Of a stretch of 64,000 nt of DNA, positions 10,657 to 20,250 are shown in pieces. Location of the stretch: positions 78,035 to 142,034 of IMG/VR virus record IMGVR_UViG_3300045988_128407. One strand, given 5' to 3'. Below the pieces are notes generated by a model. The model did no database searches. It worked only from the letters and a program-made list of their open reading frames with translations, and was not told the origin of the DNA. Within the stretch, counting starts at the first letter, position 1; every line of letters starts with the position of its first letter. A program made the translations under genes and the position numbers. The stretch comes from a virus.

Positions 10657-11010
10657 ATGTTTAATAGTAATTGGAATCATGGTGGTTATGAATCTATGGT
10701 TTATAATCATAGCAATAATGGTATTTTTATATTAGGTGAAAACAAAATTGGTAACATAGAAGATCATATACAAGATCTAACATATTGGTACGAATATGAT
10801 CCAAGTCTTAATGAAAATTATTGTTATTATTATTATGAAGCTGATAATAGTGGAAATGCTATTAAGTTGAATGGTGAGTTTAGTGATGTTAGCACTGTTT
10901 TCAACATTCCCAGCTTGGAAGTTACCACTCTTCGTGATGGCAGTTTGAGTTTTCCGGAGATTTATATAGAAGGAATTTGGGATCCGTCATTGTATAAGTC
11001 GGTTTTATAA
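10657..11010 (+). CDS. hypothetical protein (117 aa)
   Basis: ATG-initiated ORF in plus-strand block; Tyr/Asn-rich. Confidence 0.4.
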   Translation: MFNSNWNHGGYESMVYNHSNNGIFILGENKIGNIEDHIQDLTYWYEYDPSLNENYCYYYYEADNSGNAIKLNGEFSDVSTVFNIPSLEVTTLRDGSLSFPEIYIEGIWDPSLYKSVL

Positions 11011-11036
11011 TTAACTTTGCAAAAAAGTTAATTACA

Positions 11037-13295
11037 ATGGGTGTCAAATGTCAGATAGAAAAAAAGGAAAATGAAATAAAACGGGTTAAGGCTCCTAACG
11101 GGGAGCCTTCCGTTCTTTACGAAAGTGCTTTAAAAGTATTAGGAAACAGCGAGCGGGCCCTTCAGGTATGGGCTAAGGCTTACACTCCTGGTTTTTTGTC
11201 GTATTACGGTCATTGGAACAACCCGGCTCCAGGGGAGATGTTTAATACCGATCTCAATGGCGAACCTCTTTTAGAAGACGTGCTGTCGTATATGAAGCGT
11301 CAGGCTTATTTTTCCGATCCTTTAACGGCTCAGGATGTTAAGGATGTAAGGGATTTCCTTTTGTCTACTCATTATTTTTTCAATGCGTCTTCATTGTCTA
11401 ATGCTATTCTCTTCGATTTTTATGTAGATGGCAGTTTGATACTGAATGAGCAGGAATTAAGGAGATCCGGTTTGTATGATGAAACAGAAATAAGTCGTAT
11501 TTTATCCGATCCTTCTGTTTTAAACGAGGTTTCGACTTCCATGAGAAAGTTAATAGATTCTTCTATTAACGAACATGATAGGGAAAAAGATGATTATTTT
11601 ATGTCTATTGACTATCAGTATGGTCCTATTGTTTACAAGGAGGGAGTGTTTAACCAATTTGGTAAAAAAGTACCATATAATCCTTCTGAGCTTTATTATG
11701 CTATGCGTAAAACAGTAGCCGGCATAAAAAACTTTTCTGAATTTTCATCTGCTTTTGAATCGTTGAGAAATTCATATCCTGAACTGGTTGAGAAATTCGT
11801 TTCTGATAAAGAATTTGCCGAATCTATGTTTGATGAGTTCTCATCTACGAATAAGATTCCGGTAATAAACATAGAAGGGGATGATGTGGTGGAAGGCAAG
11901 AGAAGATCTTTGTCTAAGCTACAAGATCTTTCTTATTACAATTCCGGCAAAATAGAGTTCCTAAGAGCTCGTATATCAGCTTATTTACATAGGGCTAATG
12001 CCGACACCGAATCCGATTTAAGAAGCATGATATGGGATATAGAAGAGGCTTGTACGTGGTTTGGCATAGATATAATAGGGACATCGGAAACTTATGATGG
12101 CACAGAAGAATCTTTGAATAAGATAGATAATTTGATGCTGGATCTTGATATTTATGTGGCCAGGCATAATGATGTAAATTATGCTCCAACGCTGGCATCT
12201 TCTATAGATGATGTTCTTGGTGATAGTACAGACTATTATTTTGGATTATTGCCGGAGTATATGGATAATTTGAATATCGTTTATTCTGAATCCGATATAG
12301 ACCCAGTAGAGGCATTTGAGAAACATTCATTGCTTAAGGTAGGAGATAATCTATATCAAAGGATCAGCAAAGATGATCTTAACGAGATGTATCAAATATC
12401 AACAGTATTAGCCAAGCACAACCTAACTCATTTTTCTACTAAAATATATCCTGAATCTTGTTTTAAGAACGGCGTTTTGGATAAAGAGAAAGTACGGAAC
12501 GTAGATAATAATACGCTCATGGCTTCCATTAAAAAATACGTCAGATCGTTCATGGATTCTCAGAACACAGAGGACATGATAATGACCAGGATGGCGTTTG
12601 GGCACCCTGCGGTACTTGACGTTCCTTACGTGGATGTGGATCGGGAGTATAGTCGATACATGAACAAAAAACAAGATAGCGAAAACCCATTATCCTTATT
12701 CGATTTATACCAATCTTACCTTGACAACAAACTCCATAAAACAAAATTATATGATAATGCCTATAAGTATCTTGACTTCAAACCTGGTCCATCTTTGGGT
12801 CTTATTTCTGATGATCCTGATATTTTGAAATCAATAGAATTATCTTTATCTGGAAAAGACAGGTTGATGTTGTTTGATTATAGCATGACCAGTACCGACC
12901 CTTCTTTATCAGGATTGTTTTATTTGGAGAGGTATGACCCTTCGTATGCTGGGAATGATTTTGAACACTATTTTTACACCAGGCACCCGTATTTGTTAAA
13001 AGAAAAATCGGGTTCTAATATCGTAGAGCAAGATGGTGTTATAACAGCAGAAGGTATTTATGATAATTTTATAAGAGTAGGTAATAAGATATGGTCTAAA
13101 GTAAGCGAGAGTAGTTCTGGCTCTATCTACCAAAATCTGACAGGAACCGAATCGGAGGTGAAATACGATTCTACTCAGAAGGCTAAGACGGTAGAAACTG
13201 ATTACGCTCCATACCAAAACAGATCTGGCTTGACGCAAGACATGACCGTAAGCAAGTCTGAATTGGATGATCTTAACAAATTGGAATGCAGGTAA
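11037..13295 (+). CDS. hypothetical large structural protein (752 aa)
   Basis: Long ORF co-oriented with structural block; no recognisable motif by eye. Confidence 0.55.
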   Translation: MGVKCQIEKKENEIKRVKAPNGEPSVLYESALKVLGNSERALQVWAKAYTPGFLSYYGHWNNPAPGEMFNTDLNGEPLLEDVLSYMKRQAYFSDPLTAQDVKDVRDFLLSTHYFFNASSLSNAILFDFYVDGSLILNEQELRRSGLYDETEISRILSDPSVLNEVSTSMRKLIDSSINEHDREKDDYFMSIDYQYGPIVYKEGVFNQFGKKVPYNPSELYYAMRKTVAGIKNFSEFSSAFESLRNSYPELVEKFVSDKEFAESMFDEFSSTNKIPVINIEGDDVVEGKRRSLSKLQDLSYYNSGKIEFLRARISAYLHRANADTESDLRSMIWDIEEACTWFGIDIIGTSETYDGTEESLNKIDNLMLDLDIYVARHNDVNYAPTLASSIDDVLGDSTDYYFGLLPEYMDNLNIVYSESDIDPVEAFEKHSLLKVGDNLYQRISKDDLNEMYQISTVLAKHNLTHFSTKIYPESCFKNGVLDKEKVRNVDNNTLMASIKKYVRSFMDSQNTEDMIMTRMAFGHPAVLDVPYVDVDREYSRYMNKKQDSENPLSLFDLYQSYLDNKLHKTKLYDNAYKYLDFKPGPSLGLISDDPDILKSIELSLSGKDRLMLFDYSMTSTDPSLSGLFYLERYDPSYAGNDFEHYFYTRHPYLLKEKSGSNIVEQDGVITAEGIYDNFIRVGNKIWSKVSESSSGSIYQNLTGTESEVKYDSTQKAKTVETDYAPYQNRSGLTQDMTVSKSELDDLNKLECR

Positions 13296-13342
13296 TTTTT
13301 GTATATATATATATATAGTTTTTTCATAGTTATAATTTGGGA

Positions 13343-13372
13343 AGTGAGGCTTGTGAAAGTCTCACTTTTCTC
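13343..13372 (+). terminator. weak intrinsic-terminator-like hairpin after the 752-aa gene
   Basis: AGTGAG..CTCACT 6-bp stem followed by TTTTCTC. Confidence 0.3.
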
Positions 13373-13520
13373 ATATATGTACGTATATCAATAACATACA
13401 AGAAAAGTTAGATTTTCATTGTTTATGAATTATTTTTATTAAGTTTGCAATATTAGTTTCAGGAAGGGATTATAGAAATAGGAAAAAGTAAGAACCGGAC
13501 GTAACTAATAACAGTAGAAA

Positions 13521-13718
13521 ATGAGAATCAGTACCATCAAACGTAATAACAGCATTCATCTTATGTATAAAAACATTATGAATGATTTAGGTCAATTAAG
13601 AACTGTAGTTTCAAAATCCTATATTTATAATCTGATACAAAATCAAACCGGATTAAGTATCAGAACTATATCCCATGTCTTGAATCATACAAAAGAACAG
13701 GATACAGATTCTTTGTGA
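13521..13718 (+). CDS. small hypothetical ORF (65 aa), doubtful
   Basis: Only ORF in a 620-bp AT-rich gap; followed by strong terminator at 13802. Confidence 0.2.
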   Translation: MRISTIKRNNSIHLMYKNIMNDLGQLRTVVSKSYIYNLIQNQTGLSIRTISHVLNHTKEQDTDSL

Positions 13719-13801
13719 AAGGCATACATTTTCATATATTTGTGTGTTCTTTAGTTTTTAGATTTAAGTTTTTCATGGTATTAGTTTAGATTAGTGTAGA
13801 T

Positions 13802-13836
13802 CAGGGCTCGCAGTGATGCGGGCCCTGGTTTGATTT
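13802..13836 (+). terminator. rho-independent terminator
   Basis: CAGGGCTCGCA gtga TGCGGGCCCTG (11-bp stem with one G.U) followed by GTTTGATTT. Confidence 0.45.
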
Positions 13837-13875
13837 AAAAAGTATTAAAATATTTGCTATTTAAAATCCTGTTCC

Positions 13876-13883
13876 TATCTTTG
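13876..13883 (+). promoter_or_regulatory. Bacteroidota-type -7 promoter motif (TAtcTTTG) upstream of antirepressor-like gene
   Basis: Matches TAnnTTTG consensus; about 120 nt upstream of ATG 14005. Confidence 0.25.
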
Positions 13884-14004
13884 CTCCAGAAACAATGAAC
13901 AACGAGATCCCACCTCTGGTTGTTTGATGTTGAAAGATATTTTTGGCTCATTAGGGTTTGTCATAGTGGGATCTGACATTCTCTTTTGGGCCTATTTTTT
14001 TATC

Positions 14005-14889
14005 ATGGATAAAGTTTCTGTTTTTGAAAGTTCGGATTTTGGAGAGCTTAGAATTATTGTAGATCCAAAAGGAGATGTTTGGTTTGTGGCGTCAGATGTG
14101 GCTAAATCTCTTGGATATATAAATGCTAAAGATGCGGTAAAAAGACATGTAGATGATGATGATTCTATGCTTTTGTAAGTATCTGATAATCAATGGGGCG
14201 TGAATCAATCCCTATTGAAAACCAGATACATAGATAATATAAGAATCATTAATGAATCTGGTTTATATTCTCTTATATTATCTTCAAAATTAGAATCTGC
14301 TAAGAGATTTAAACGATGGATAACATCTGAGGTTCTTCCTTCTATTCGTAAAACAGGAGAATATAAAACAAGTTCAGGCGGCAAGGGAATTTTGGTTCCT
14401 GACTTTTCTAATCCAGCAGATGCGGCAAGGGCATGGGCTGATCAGTATGAAGCTGCTCAGAGAGCTATAGCTGAAAAGTCGCAGGCAGAGGCAGAGAAGC
14501 AACAAGCCTTGAAAACAATAGAAGAGCATAAGCCTGATGTAGAATTTGCCGAGTCTTTTAGGAAAGTAGACCATAACAATATGTGGTTGATTCGTGATAT
14601 TGCCAAAAAGTTAGAACAGAATGGTGTTATCATAGCCGAAAAGAATCTTCGTTCATTTCTTGAAGAAGCTAAGTTTATGTTTAGAAACGGTCTTGGAAAA
14701 TGGGAGTTGTACAGTAATGTAGTGGCTAAAGGATATGGTGTGTATAGGTCTTATTTTGTTGACAAATATTCCGGTGAAAGGGTTAATCAACAAACCATCT
14801 ACATGACAGGATCCGGATATGAAGTGACCCTCAATGGCATAAAAGGAAAACTTAAAAATGTATTTTTAAAATATGGCAAATTTTCTTGA
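14005..14889 (+). pseudogene. Bro-N / KilAC (Ant-like) antirepressor gene interrupted by a single in-frame TAA at 14176-14178 (two ORFs in the same frame)
   Basis: N-part has the Bro-N half (RIIVDPKGDVWFVASDVAKSLGY..KRHVDDDD). The C-part continues the same domain (INESGLYSLILSS..KRFKRWITSEVLPSIRKTG) then a KilAC-like tail. 14200-13924=276, so both parts share one frame. Confidence 0.5.
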
Positions 14890-14900
14890 GTTTATTTATA

Positions 14901-14942
14901 GGTAGTGTTTTAAAAGAATAAAAAAAACACTACCTTTTTTTT
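14901..14942 (+). terminator. rho-independent terminator
   Basis: GGTAGTGTTTT / AAAACACTACC 11-bp stem followed by TTTTTTTT. Confidence 0.6.
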
Positions 14943-15068
14943 GTTTCTGTCTTTTCTGAAAATACTTCTCTTCTATAGGAAATAAACACACCCATATTCC
15001 ACCCTGCAATCATGATCTTTGTTACGTGCTTCATGCACGTATGTTTAACAATTAAATACTATAAAATT

Positions 15069-16076
15069 ATGGGTGGTGATAAAATCGTCCTTTTAGATGG
15101 AGCCGGGGCTAACGGTGGTGGTGCAGCCACTAACGGTCTTCTTTCAATGATTCCCGGCATGTTTGCTAATTTGATAGGTGGTAATAAAATGGATCCGAAT
15201 CTGGTGGCGGCTTTGATGAACGGTCGTAACAACCAGGACGGTTTCGGTGGGGCTAACGGTTGGTGGCTCTGGATAATTGTTTTGTTCTGGCTGTGGGGTG
15301 GACGCGGCTTCGGTAACGGTTTTGGAAATGGCGGTGATTGTTGTGCCAATGGTTTGCCGGCTCAGTTGAATAACGATTACGGTCGTGAACTTTTGATGCA
15401 GGCAATTCAAGGTAATCGTAGCGCCATAGATCAGATTGCTTCTGCTTTGAACTGTTCTACTACTCAACTTCAGAACGCTATCTGCAACGTACAGGGTGCT
15501 ATTGATAAAGTAGCTGGTCAGGTAGGTATGACTTCTCAGGCTGTTATCAACGCAGTTCAACAACAAGGTTGTGAAATAGGAAATCAAATCAGCTCTTGCT
15601 GCTGCAATCTGAGTTCGTTGATCAATCAAAGCACTTGCCAGACTCAGGGAATGATTACTCAGCAAGGTTTTGATAACCAGCTTCGCACGTTGGAACAAAC
15701 CAATGTCTTGCAGAACGGTCTCAACCAAGGTCTGGCTAACAATCGTGAGCAAGCTACAAGCCAATTCAATATCTTGTCTGCGAAACTTGACGCCCAAACC
15801 GTTATGATCAACGACAAATTCTGTCAGTTGGAAATGAGGGAGATGCAGAACACTATTGCTCAACTTCGTGAAGAAAAAGCGGCTTTGACAGCTTCGGCAT
15901 TATCTCAGCAACAAACCCAGAATATCGTTGGTCAATTACGCCCGACGGCCGTCCCGGCCTACCCCTCTTGTTCTCCTTACCAGGCTTATACTTGGGGACA
16001 GGTATTCGGAGGAGGTTGCTGTAATAACGGATGCGGATGTAACAACGGATGTTGCAATAACAACGCTGCTGTCTGA
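15069..16076 (+). CDS. Gly/Asn/Gln/Cys-rich low-complexity membrane-anchored protein with vicinal-Cys motifs and C-terminal GGGCCNNGCGCNNGCCNNN tail
   Basis: ATG at 15069 (MGGDKIV). Tryptophan-rich hydrophobic TM-like segment WWLWIIVLFWLWGG; CC/CCC motifs. Antisense ORFs over it are judged spurious. Confidence 0.45.
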   Translation: MGGDKIVLLDGAGANGGGAATNGLLSMIPGMFANLIGGNKMDPNLVAALMNGRNNQDGFGGANGWWLWIIVLFWLWGGRGFGNGFGNGGDCCANGLPAQLNNDYGRELLMQAIQGNRSAIDQIASALNCSTTQLQNAICNVQGAIDKVAGQVGMTSQAVINAVQQQGCEIGNQISSCCCNLSSLINQSTCQTQGMITQQGFDNQLRTLEQTNVLQNGLNQGLANNREQATSQFNILSAKLDAQTVMINDKFCQLEMREMQNTIAQLREEKAALTASALSQQQTQNIVGQLRPTAVPAYPSCSPYQAYTWGQVFGGGCCNNGCGCNNGCCNNNAAV

Positions 16077-16099
16077 TTTTATTAAGAAAGGAGGCTAAT

Positions 16100-16513
16100 A
16101 TGGCTTGTGTTTCTAAAATAGGATCGTTGTATGAGATGGTTACGAAGAATGTTATTGTCAGTACGACAAATACAGTCTTCGGTATTAACCCACGGGCTTG
16201 GATCGCCCTTCCGTGTGAGGGTCTTATCCTTCTTAAGATAAGGCAAGTAGTCCCTACAGCCGGAAGTGCTCTACCGGTACAGATTGCGGTCCCGGCAAAC
16301 AGCACAGTTTCAACAGTAGGAGCCGACACCTGTTGCCCGGTTACGGGAGTGAATGTCGTGAACCCTATTAACGTAGCTGTCACGGGCGCTGCTATGGTAA
16401 ATGGCACAGAACGCCTTCTGTACTTCAATAAAGTTCGTGGCGTGTTAAGATTAATGGATTGTTGTGTTCCGACAACAACAGCCCAGGCGTCTGAAGTTAA
16501 AGCAGGTAAATGA
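16100..16513 (+). CDS. hypothetical protein with two vicinal-Cys motifs (DTCCPV, MDCCVP)
   Basis: ORF co-oriented with neighbours; shares CC motif with the upstream protein. Confidence 0.35.
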   Translation: MACVSKIGSLYEMVTKNVIVSTTNTVFGINPRAWIALPCEGLILLKIRQVVPTAGSALPVQIAVPANSTVSTVGADTCCPVTGVNVVNPINVAVTGAAMVNGTERLLYFNKVRGVLRLMDCCVPTTTAQASEVKAGK

Positions 16514-16563
16514 TTTCAGTAGGGTGATGAAGATCATCACCCTATTTTCACCTAACTAATATT

Positions 16564-17058
16564 TTGATCATGTTTTCAGATTTGAAGAAAGGGTTTCAGG
16601 TACATACCCTTGATACTAATACAGTACCTAAATACGAATTGGGAAAGGTAGTAGCCGTATCCGAACCCAGGTATCTTCCTCCTCAGCCAGGTCAGTATCA
16701 GGCGATGCAGACCCGCGTGGTGGATCTGACGGTAGAGCTCACTGGCGAAACCAAGACCTATACGGTCCCGGAATCCCAGAATGTGGCTAAGGCTATGGGC
16801 ATAACATTATCTACCAGCATAGATCCGATTATGAACGAACTGAATGCTATAAAAAACACCAGTCAAGACATAATAAACAGCGTAGATGCCCATCGTGCCA
16901 AGATAGAGGCTTGTGAATCTATATTAGAAGACATCAATCCGGCATTCAAACAAACGAGAGAGCAGGATCGTAAAATAGCTGGTATAGAAAATAAGGTGAA
17001 TGACCTTACTGATTCATTCGAAGATTTAAAGAAGTTAATTGTAGAACGTTTGAAATAA
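16564..17058 (+). CDS. hypothetical coiled-coil protein (164 aa)
   Basis: ORF with heptad-like C-terminus. Confidence 0.45.
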   Translation: MIMFSDLKKGFQVHTLDTNTVPKYELGKVVAVSEPRYLPPQPGQYQAMQTRVVDLTVELTGETKTYTVPESQNVAKAMGITLSTSIDPIMNELNAIKNTSQDIINSVDAHRAKIEACESILEDINPAFKQTREQDRKIAGIENKVNDLTDSFEDLKKLIVERLK

Positions 17059-17065
17059 GTATAAT

Positions 17066-17434
17066 ATGATAGTATATGATTTAAATTCAGGACACAGAGA
17101 ATATCCTGGATATGACGAGATAGAAGACAGACGAGGTGGAGGCAGAGGCAGAAGCCGGCGTTCTGATGGGACGTACATGGGGTATGGTGGTGGTATTTAC
17201 GACCATTACGGTATGCATGAGAAGATGAAAGAAATGGAAGAGCGCGAAAACGAGCTGGAAGAAAGGGAAAGAAGGCTCGAAGAGCGCGAACGTCGTCATG
17301 AAATGGAGGACCGGGAATACCGGAGGATGGGTTACGAATCCTACCCGACCGATTACTATGGAGACGACAGATACTACGGTGACGGACCTCAGATGCGTAG
17401 AGGTCGCGGACGTGGCAGAGGTCGTTCTTATTGA
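17066..17434 (+). CDS. Arg/Gly-rich protein with ER-repeat coiled coil (EERERRLEERERRHE) and RGRGRGRGR tail
   Basis: 122-aa ORF; TGA stop is in frame with the next ORF (17528-17821). Confidence 0.45.
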   Translation: MIVYDLNSGHREYPGYDEIEDRRGGGRGRSRRSDGTYMGYGGGIYDHYGMHEKMKEMEERENELEERERRLEERERRHEMEDREYRRMGYESYPTDYYGDDRYYGDGPQMRRGRGRGRGRSY

Positions 17435-17527
17435 GGAGCAGACGCAGAGGATCCAGCTTATCAGAAATATGTAGATACTTACGGCTACCATTTTTCTAAT
17501 GCTCTCGCTGATGAGGCGGTAAAGAAG

Positions 17528-17821
17528 ATGGTCAACGTCGATGGATCCAAGAGGATCTGGAAGCAGCCGGAAATAAAAGATATTTTTGAAAAGTGCGGAG
17601 CGAAGAAGCCGGATAAAGCGACATGGGGCGATGTCCAATATGTCTTTGCAATGTACTATTCGGATGGTTTTCCGAAGGTCTTCAAATGTGAGAACGAGTT
17701 GGTGAAAGCTACGTTAATGTATTTGGATGATCCGGATGCTCCCGAAGGAGTAGCCTTTATAAGATGGCTTGCCGTGCAAGATTACCTCGGCGAAAAAATA
17801 AACTGGAAGGATCTGACCTGA
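17528..17821 (+). CDS. hypothetical protein (97 aa)
   Basis: ATG ORF; frame is open back to the TGA at 17432. Confidence 0.4.
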   Translation: MVNVDGSKRIWKQPEIKDIFEKCGAKKPDKATWGDVQYVFAMYYSDGFPKVFKCENELVKATLMYLDDPDAPEGVAFIRWLAVQDYLGEKINWKDLT

Positions 17822-17925
17822 GATCCAGATCCAGGTCCTTCCGGTGGTGCGGGAGCCATAGTAAAAAATATGATTCCCGCATTCCCGTTTTTCCCGTTTG
17901 GAAAAAAAGGAATAAAAATATTATA

Positions 17926-17965
17926 CCGGTCGGCGGGCAATAGAATACCCGTGGCCGGTTTGTTT
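17926..17965 (+). terminator. hairpin plus T-run; terminator-like and/or right-end secondary structure of the TnpB island
   Basis: CCGGTCGGCGGG..CCCGTGGCCGG imperfect 11-bp stem followed by TTTGTTT. Confidence 0.35.
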
Positions 17966-18166
17966 CACATAACTTTTTTTTTGGATATGAATATAGCACA
18001 CGAATCTAAATCGAATAAAACCCCATTGTATTTAATAGGAGAGTTGATTGGCGTACCGAATACGGTTATGGACTCAGCATTGCATGAACTGAAAGATAGA
18101 ATAGACAAAGACCCTAAATGGGTGATTATATACCACTTTACACCAAAAGCGTAAAGTAATACACAT

Positions 18167-19390
18167 TTATACGGAAATTCGTACCGGGTTACACCAAAAC
18201 CCTCTACCTTCTGGTAACATCGTTACATCAAAGGATTCTTTTTCCGATTTACGGATGATGTTAAAAGCACCATTGATATCAGCATTAATTGTCTTACCAG
18301 AAGAGGTTTTAAACAATCCTCGTTTAATCCTTCTTCCTTTGTAAGATTCATGTTTGCAAATCCGTTCATTATCTAAAAAGCTACATTTTGAAGTATAAGA
18401 TTCTTCAACGATCTTAACATTAATACCTTCTAATGTAGCTTTATACGATATCATACTGATAAACGAATTAAAAGGAATAGATACAAAGTTCTGATTATTA
18501 CGCTTTCCAATATTGATCTCTTGTTTCCAGCACTTGTTATGACCGATTATGATCGTATTAATACCATTGGAAACTACATGATTAACCAATATTCTACTTG
18601 CTTTATGCAGATAGTCTTTGATCTTGTTATTCCTTTTGTCGGTTAATGACCTTATTTGTTTTGAAATCTGTTTATTGTCTTTTAACTTAGATTTTAAGAA
18701 TGCTAACCTTTTGTTATAATATTGGTTAATAGACTTTAGTGGTCTACCATTGATGATAAAACAAGAACCGGTGTTTGAAACACAAGATGCTAAATTATCC
18801 AATCCTATGTCGATGCCAAGATAGTTCCCATTATCGGACATAAGATTCTTTTCCTTCTTATTGTAAACTATTTCAAGAACAATATACCCATTCTTAGGAA
18901 TGAATCTAAGTTGTTGAATATTTTGCTTGTTAGTTCTTGTTGTAAAGGAAAACTGTTTTGGTAACTTAACAATGCCTTGTTTTATCCATTTTTGAGAAAA
19001 AGCATTTGTTGCAAAAACAGCAGGAAACAAACCACCCTTGTTGAGATACCTTGGCATTCTTACTTCCTCAGAATACTCACCTCTATTCTTTTTATTAAAG
19101 AGATTGAAGAAAGATTTAAAGTTTCTATCAACCATCATCAATACTTGTTGAGCAACCGGTGCTGGTAAAGCACGATAGTCAACATCATTTTCTGTTCTTA
19201 ACTTCTTTTCAAGAGAATAGTAGTTTAGGTACTTATACTTTACAGTATTATCATCCTTGTATTGAAAATAATACTGTCTAACAACATATAACCCTTTATT
19301 GTATAAGTTTTTACACTTATGCAATAGATCATAAAGTTCATTGTAATAAACAGAACTTGGTTTGATCGTATGTTGTTCGACTAATCTCAT
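18167..19390 (-). CDS. tnpB: TnpB / OrfB-like RuvC nuclease (IS605 family), 407 aa
   Basis: RuvC-I LGIDIGLDN, RuvC-II VEESYTSK, RuvC-III INADINGAFNI. Only a degenerate zinc finger (CSFLDNERIC). Paralogous to 31984-33174. Confidence 0.8.
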   Translation of the reverse strand: MRLVEQHTIKPSSVYYNELYDLLHKCKNLYNKGLYVVRQYYFQYKDDNTVKYKYLNYYSLEKKLRTENDVDYRALPAPVAQQVLMMVDRNFKSFFNLFNKKNRGEYSEEVRMPRYLNKGGLFPAVFATNAFSQKWIKQGIVKLPKQFSFTTRTNKQNIQQLRFIPKNGYIVLEIVYNKKEKNLMSDNGNYLGIDIGLDNLASCVSNTGSCFIINGRPLKSINQYYNKRLAFLKSKLKDNKQISKQIRSLTDKRNNKIKDYLHKASRILVNHVVSNGINTIIIGHNKCWKQEINIGKRNNQNFVSIPFNSFISMISYKATLEGINVKIVEESYTSKCSFLDNERICKHESYKGRRIKRGLFKTSSGKTINADINGAFNIIRKSEKESFDVTMLPEGRGFWCNPVRISV

Positions 19391-19607
19391 GACACAAATA
19401 TTGGCGTATTTGTGGTGTAAAGTTGTATATAATTACCTAAAGATGTTAAAAATTGGCTCGAATCTTTACCCAAGATCTGAACCTATTTTTTTCAATACCA
19501 GGCCCGATGCGATTTTAACGTATCGGGTTTTTATTTTAATTCATATTGTTTTATTTTAAATCTAATTAATTCATGAATGTCGTACTTTTGTTGAAAAAGT
19601 ATTTTTT

Positions 19608-19835
19608 ATGGAAAATAAGGAAGATTACGTTGGTTACGAAGATCAAGAACTGTGTAACCGGTATTACAAAGAGGCTGAAGTCATGAGGCAAAAGCAGGAC
19701 TGGCCTCGGCTTAGGGCTGTCCCTGCTCCGGCTAAGGGAACGCCATCGCCCGGCTGGGGTCAGCTTGGACGTGGAAATGATGTCCGTGTTAAGTATGTTA
19801 GCATCAATTCAGGATTAGGAGGAGATAGGTTATGA
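19608..19835 (+). CDS. small hypothetical protein (75 aa)
   Basis: First of four start/stop-overlapping small genes. Confidence 0.35.
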   Translation: MENKEDYVGYEDQELCNRYYKEAEVMRQKQDWPRLRAVPAPAKGTPSPGWGQLGRGNDVRVKYVSINSGLGGDRL

Positions 19836-20047
19836 CTGTAGAAGAATTGGCTAATAAAAGATACGGTGGCGAATTTGTTTTCATGTTTGGTCATCTTGAA
19901 GGTAGAACAAGATTCGTTTTTGGATGCTTTGATCCCAGACCTGATCACGAAGGTAAAAACACTTATATGGTTTCCTATTTTGATAAGGGACTTCGTAGAA
20001 GAGATGTGGTAGATGTGCCGTGTTATATGAATATTTTGCCAAAATAA
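19832..20047 (+). CDS. small hypothetical protein (71 aa)
   Basis: ATGA overlap with upstream stop. Confidence 0.4.
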   Translation: MTVEELANKRYGGEFVFMFGHLEGRTRFVFGCFDPRPDHEGKNTYMVSYFDKGLRRRDVVDVPCYMNILPK

Positions 20048-20250
20048 TGGAAATATTAATCTTAGATGTACCTGTATTTTCCGGTAAGATTATTTCTCCT
20101 ATCTGGATTAAAGCCGTAAGAGATTTTCAATCCAAATCGAAGACAGAAAGAGACTCGTATTGTTTGATTTGTGGATGTACAGGAGGGTGTAACTTGTGCG
20201 ATGATATAAGTAAATATAGGATTTCAGAACAATTAAAATATTACAAATAA
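20047..20250 (+). CDS. small Cys-rich hypothetical protein (67 aa from ATG 20047)
   Basis: TAATG overlap with upstream stop; CLICGCTGGCNLC motif. Confidence 0.35.
   Translation: MEILILDVPVFSGKIISPIWIKAVRDFQSKSKTERDSYCLICGCTGGCNLCDDISKYRISEQLKYYK

Larger units (their letters stand above)
17850..19535 (-). mobile_element. putative IS200/IS605-family derivative carrying tnpB only (no tnpA); boundaries approximate
   Basis: tnpB on opposite strand to all neighbours. Subterminal hairpins on both flanks (17926-17958; 19503-19527). TTCCCG x3 repeat at 17873-17900. Confidence 0.3.

Noticed and set aside
19362-19559. Plus-strand ORFs 19362-19559 and 17870-18154 flanking tnpB
   Set aside because: They sit in the hairpin- and repeat-containing flanks of the tnpB island. 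17870-18154 is produced by the TTCCCG repeat. They are more likely non-coding element ends.
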